Shown here piece by piece: positions 60,130 to 64,000 of a stretch of 64,000 nt of DNA. The DNA comes from an uncultured Candidatus Saccharibacteria bacterium (GTDB lineage: Bacteria; Patescibacteriota; Dojkabacteria; SC72). The notes beneath the pieces are model-generated. The model was given only the letters and a program-made list of their open reading frames with translations, did no database searches and had not been told where the DNA came from. A program made the position numbers and the translations under genes. Position 1 is the first letter of the stretch. Every line of letters begins with the position of its first letter. The DNA is taken from NCBI GenBank assembly GCA_964514595.1, contig CAZEQZ010000002.1:185663-249662 (forward strand), written 5' to 3'.

Positions 60130-61132
60130 GAGGAAAGGTTCTTCATCCAAAATTTTAATTTTTTTAGTATTACTAACCTTCGTACTAATTGGAGTACTCA
60201 AATTGGACTATGATAGGTCTCTTAAAAAATCTAGTAGTGAAAGCTCGGAAAAAGTTGTAATAGAGGTAACAGAAGGTGAGAGTGTAGATAATATACTCAA
60301 ATCCCTAATAGATAACGAACTAATACAAAAAAAATACCTCTACTACACCAAGCTTTATCTCAAAATCAATAACTTGGGAAGTAAGCTTCAGGCTGGGACA
60401 TATGAACTCCCAAAAAATTTAAGTATTATAGAGCTCATTGACACCTTGCAATTTGGGAGAAGTCAAGATGTTTGGGTCTCCATACCCGAGGGATTAAGGA
60501 AAGATGAGATAGCAGATATAGTTGCTACAGAATTAGGAAGATACAATACATCCTCTTTTTATCAAAGTGATTTCCTCTCTTTGACTACAGACTCTTCATT
60601 CATTAGTACACTTGACCTGCCTATACAAATTACTGATTTAGAAGGTTTTCTTTTTCCAGACAAGTATGCACTTCCAAAGGATGCAAATACTGAGTTTGTT
60701 CTAAGAATGTTGGTAGACAATTTTAAGAGGAAGGTAGGGGAAAACTATACCTATCAAGATATTATCTTGGCAAGTATTGTTGAGAGAGAGGGCTTTAATG
60801 GAAATGACAGACCAATAATAGCTGGAATCATTATTAAGAGATTTAATGAAGGTTGGCTACTTCAAACGGATGCAACGCTTCTCTATCCTGTTAAAGATTG
60901 GAAGCATGCCATTACCGTTGTAGACAAAGAAGATGATAATCCATACAACACATACAAACGAATTGGATTGCCTCCGACACCAATATGTAACCCAGGATTG
61001 CAATCTATAGAGGCGGTATGGAATCCTACGGAAACAAACTACTATTACTACATACACGACAAAGACAGAAATCCCCACTACGGTGCAACATTAAGTGAAC
61101 ACAATGCTAACGTAAATAAATATCTTAGATAG
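60122..61132 (+). CDS. mltG: Endolytic transglycosylase MltG
   Basis: IPEG, LEGFLFPDKY, LASIVERE, PYNTY..GLPPTPICNPG. Confidence 0.95.
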   Translation: MNERKGSSSKILIFLVLLTFVLIGVLKLDYDRSLKKSSSESSEKVVIEVTEGESVDNILKSLIDNELIQKKYLYYTKLYLKINNLGSKLQAGTYELPKNLSIIELIDTLQFGRSQDVWVSIPEGLRKDEIADIVATELGRYNTSSFYQSDFLSLTTDSSFISTLDLPIQITDLEGFLFPDKYALPKDANTEFVLRMLVDNFKRKVGENYTYQDIILASIVEREGFNGNDRPIIAGIIIKRFNEGWLLQTDATLLYPVKDWKHAITVVDKEDDNPYNTYKRIGLPPTPICNPGLQSIEAVWNPTETNYYYYIHDKDRNPHYGATLSEHNANVNKYLR

Positions 61133-61145
61133 ATATTAAAAGAAA

Positions 61146-62591
61146 ATGACTATAGATATTGATCTAAAAGATAGTAAATTGGATGATAAAATAAAGATTC
61201 CAAAGAGCTCAAGGAAGAAAAATATCACTCCCCTTTCTACCGAAGAAAAAATCAAAAGAAGAAAAAAAAGAGTTACTCTATTTCTTTTTTCACTCTCTTT
61301 TTTCATCATTCTAGGAATAGGCTTTCTTGTATATAAGGGATATATATTTTCAAAGGGGATAGGTTTTAAATTTGACCCAACCTCTTTGATTTCTGCACAA
61401 AACAAGGAACTGAAGAAAGATTCATCCGGCCAATATACTAATATGCTACTTGTTGGTATAGATACTAGAGAAAGTGGAGGATTACTCAATACTGATACTA
61501 TAATACTTGCTTCATATGACCATACTAATCACGACATCACTATGCTATCAATACCACGAGACTTCCATGTCGAAGTTTCAAAAGATACTGCTTGGTATGT
61601 GAGAATCAATAGTATATATGCCAGCGCAGAAGGGAAAGAGAAAGACTCTGGAATGGATGCCTTGGTTGGTAGTGTAGAGAGATTAACTGGACAAGATATT
61701 CAGTACTACGCTATGGTAGATTTTAGAGCATTTGTAGAGATAATAGATGCCGTAGGAGGGATAGACGTAAATGTGGAAAACAGCTTTACGGACTATATGT
61801 ACCCCAAAGGACTAGGATATATGACTGTGACATTCAAGGCTGGTCCACAAACTATGGATGGTGAGACAGCACTCATATACTCAAGATCTAGACATGCACA
61901 ACAAAACAATGAAGGAACCGATTTCGCAAGAGCACGAAGACAACAGAAGGTCATCATAGCACTTAAGGAAAAGATTTCCACAAATGCTTCTTTTTCAGAC
62001 CCTAAAACATTGATGAGTATAGTATCCTCTATTGCTGGGAATATCAAAGTATCCGAATTTACAATAAAGGACATAGAGGCAGCATTTGAGTTATCAAAAA
62101 AATATGACGAAGCCGAAGGTAGTGTGTTTTCTTTTGTACTAGATCCAAGTAGTGGAGGTGGCCTAATAGTAGATAGAAAGAACATGGAAAGTGGAGCCTA
62201 TGCAATTGGACCTAAGCTTGGATTTGGGAAGTACGATGATATACAAGAATTCATTTCCCTAATTAGAAAAAATCCAAAACTGTATTCAGAGGATCCCAAA
62301 ATTGTTGTGTATGACACAGGATTAGGTTTCCAAAAAGCCAAGGAACAAGTAGAGGAACTTAAGGATGAATTCCCATATCTAAACATTACATTCGCAGGAA
62401 CACTATTCAGAGATAAAGAGGGAATAGTAATATACCCAAAGGAGGAGGAAGAGAAATTAGAAAGTATCAAAATGTTAAGTGAATTCTTCAATACAAAACT
62501 TAATGAAAAACCTGAATACATCACTTCAAATCTGAATGGTCAAGATGTTACAATCTTATTAGGTAAAAGTATTCAATTAAACGAAGAATAA
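61146..62591 (+). CDS. LCP (LytR-CpsA-Psr) family protein
   Basis: NMLLVGID, TDTII, SIPRD, YSRSRH, DFARARRQQ. Confidence 0.93.
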   Translation: MTIDIDLKDSKLDDKIKIPKSSRKKNITPLSTEEKIKRRKKRVTLFLFSLSFFIILGIGFLVYKGYIFSKGIGFKFDPTSLISAQNKELKKDSSGQYTNMLLVGIDTRESGGLLNTDTIILASYDHTNHDITMLSIPRDFHVEVSKDTAWYVRINSIYASAEGKEKDSGMDALVGSVERLTGQDIQYYAMVDFRAFVEIIDAVGGIDVNVENSFTDYMYPKGLGYMTVTFKAGPQTMDGETALIYSRSRHAQQNNEGTDFARARRQQKVIIALKEKISTNASFSDPKTLMSIVSSIAGNIKVSEFTIKDIEAAFELSKKYDEAEGSVFSFVLDPSSGGGLIVDRKNMESGAYAIGPKLGFGKYDDIQEFISLIRKNPKLYSEDPKIVVYDTGLGFQKAKEQVEELKDEFPYLNITFAGTLFRDKEGIVIYPKEEEEKLESIKMLSEFFNTKLNEKPEYITSNLNGQDVTILLGKSIQLNEE

Positions 62592-62592
62592 A

Positions 62593-63534
62593 GTGAAATA
62601 TAAACTGTATCATGGTACATCTCCATATCTGTCCCTCAGGGCAGTACACACATATATAGATGGCATAGCAAAAAAATCTCCCTCTGCTGTCCTCACCCTA
62701 CTCGAAGCAGATACACTCAAACCAAAAGATATTGTCGATTCAATATCTTCCCCTTCGCTCTTCTCATCAAAAAGAATTATCTTTCTAAAAAGAGTCTACA
62801 AAAATAAAGAAAAAAGTATTCTCATTGAGAAGATATTAGAGCTTTTAGGAAATGGAAATTCTGAAGATGTTTTGATTATTTGGGAGGATCAAAAAATTAA
62901 ATCTAATACAAAGTACTATAAATTTTTTAAAGAAAGGAGAGCACTGGAGGAAATAGAAGATCTGAATAAAAGAACTTTCCTTACATGGTTAAGACAGGAA
63001 TTAGAATTAAATGAATTGAAGATAGACCCTGTTGCTGTTAAAGAATTTGCTGAAAGAACAAATTACGACCCTGAGAGATGTGCAAGCGAAATAAAAAAGT
63101 TCAAACTAAATCATGAATCAAAAATCATACGAAAGGAAGACATAGAGGAATTAATTGCGGACACACTAGAAAGAGACATTTGGGATCTAACAGATGCAAT
63201 AAACGAAGGAAATAAGGTTGAGAGCATGCAAATATTAGAGAAATTAAACCAACAATTTGTGGATGTTAATTACATAATATCTATGCTAGCAAGAAATCTT
63301 AGATTAATAACATTGACCAAATCTCTTAACGAAGATGGAACAGATTATAGAAAAATATCTTCTATTCTCAAAATTCCCCCATTTACTACTCCATCATTAG
63401 TGAAATCTTCTAAGAAATACACTGAGGAAAGAATCAGTAGATTGTACTCCAAATTATCCAATTTAGATTATCAAATTAAAACCGGTAAAATAGATGGAAA
63501 TCTTGGGCTCACACTTATTTGCCCCTACCTCTAA
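62593..63534 (+). CDS. holA: DNA polymerase III delta subunit
   Basis: SPSLFS.KRII, IWDLTDAI, IPPF, LDYQIKTG. Confidence 0.88.
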   Translation: MKYKLYHGTSPYLSLRAVHTYIDGIAKKSPSAVLTLLEADTLKPKDIVDSISSPSLFSSKRIIFLKRVYKNKEKSILIEKILELLGNGNSEDVLIIWEDQKIKSNTKYYKFFKERRALEEIEDLNKRTFLTWLRQELELNELKIDPVAVKEFAERTNYDPERCASEIKKFKLNHESKIIRKEDIEELIADTLERDIWDLTDAINEGNKVESMQILEKLNQQFVDVNYIISMLARNLRLITLTKSLNEDGTDYRKISSILKIPPFTTPSLVKSSKKYTEERISRLYSKLSNLDYQIKTGKIDGNLGLTLICPYL

Positions 63535-63567
63535 ACTGGTAAAGAGCAAATTCGTAAAAACTTCGTA

Positions 63568-63596
63568 TTGACACTAGATTACTATTAAACTAAACT
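63568..63596 (+). promoter_or_regulatory. Sigma70 promoter
   Basis: TTGACA-17 nt-TAAACT upstream of the ORF at 63628. Confidence 0.6.
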
Positions 63597-63627
63597 TTAT
63601 TAATGCAATAAGTTTTGACTGCCCTTA

Positions 63628-64000
63628 ATGGAAGAGGTTAGAAGAGTTACTACTACACGAAAACCAAAGAGAAGAACCGTAATATTATTAACCTTAGTTG
63701 GGATATTGGGGCTTGGATTAATAGGGGCTGCAATATATTTCTATGCAATTGGTGATACTTCTGACAGTACAACCACCTCCGAAACCACCTGTGCCTGTTA
63801 CTACATAGACCCCTCTGTCATATCCGAATGTGGAGATCCAAGAAGAGGCTTTATGTTTGAAACAGCTACAGTCACTGGAGATCAGGTTTGTAGAGCTTCT
63901 TGTGCTACTAACAAACTCTCTGTAAATCTACTTAACAGTAATACTAAACAAGATCTATACCAAATATGTCAAATACAGAGTGTACAAGATAAAAGATGTT
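63628..64000 (+). CDS. Membrane-anchored Cys-rich protein (partial)
   Basis: Read by hand: MEEVRRVTTTRKPKRRTVILLTLVGILGLGLIGAAIYFY...CACYY...; open to the window end. Confidence 0.75.
   Translation, partial: MEEVRRVTTTRKPKRRTVILLTLVGILGLGLIGAAIYFYAIGDTSDSTTTSETTCACYYIDPSVISECGDPRRGFMFETATVTGDQVCRASCATNKLSVNLLNSNTKQDLYQICQIQSVQDKRC

Noticed and set aside
1-64000. Alternative genetic code (UGA=Gly), CRISPR arrays, tRNA/rRNA genes, prophage
   Set aside because: Conserved genes are full length under code 11 and pcrA ends in TGA. No repeat-spacer arrays, cloverleafs, rRNA or phage hallmark genes were seen by eye.

Overview
This AT-rich window comes from a reduced-genome Patescibacteria (CPR) bacterium, plausibly Dojkabacteria/WS6. 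That assignment is inferred from no rpmD, short IF2 and AlaRS, and CPR-type membrane proteins; the genetic code appears standard. The layout is as follows. (1) 1-4.2 kb holds an accessory signalling cluster: a multi-TM GAF histidine kinase (missed by the ORF track), a SAM-methyltransferase/LuxI-FeeM-like acyltransferase fusion and a GNAT-like ORF. A very compact RNase P RNA follows at 4.2-4.5 kb. (2) 5.5-25.3 kb holds fusA-tuf plus the S10-spc-alpha ribosomal superoperon, lacking rpmC and rpmD and interrupted by a CDP-alcohol phosphatidyltransferase and a RAYT-like HUH nuclease. (3) 25-43 kb holds envelope and surface genes, including a VirB6-like protein, an HEXXH membrane protein and FN3 surface proteins, one with a TPKTG sorting signal. 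(4) 43-53.6 kb holds rsmE, rsmF-like, pnp, rpsO, infB, nusA and dnaJ. (5) 53.6-64 kb holds sortase, a solute-binding protein, alaS, ruvX, mltG, an LCP protein and holA. The two most striking observations are a candidate signal-synthase/receptor pair at 1-3451 and parallel loss of the guanine-specifying NKxD aspartate, with an S-to-D change in G5, in both EF-Tu and EF-G. All calls come from reading motifs by eye; no database searches were run.
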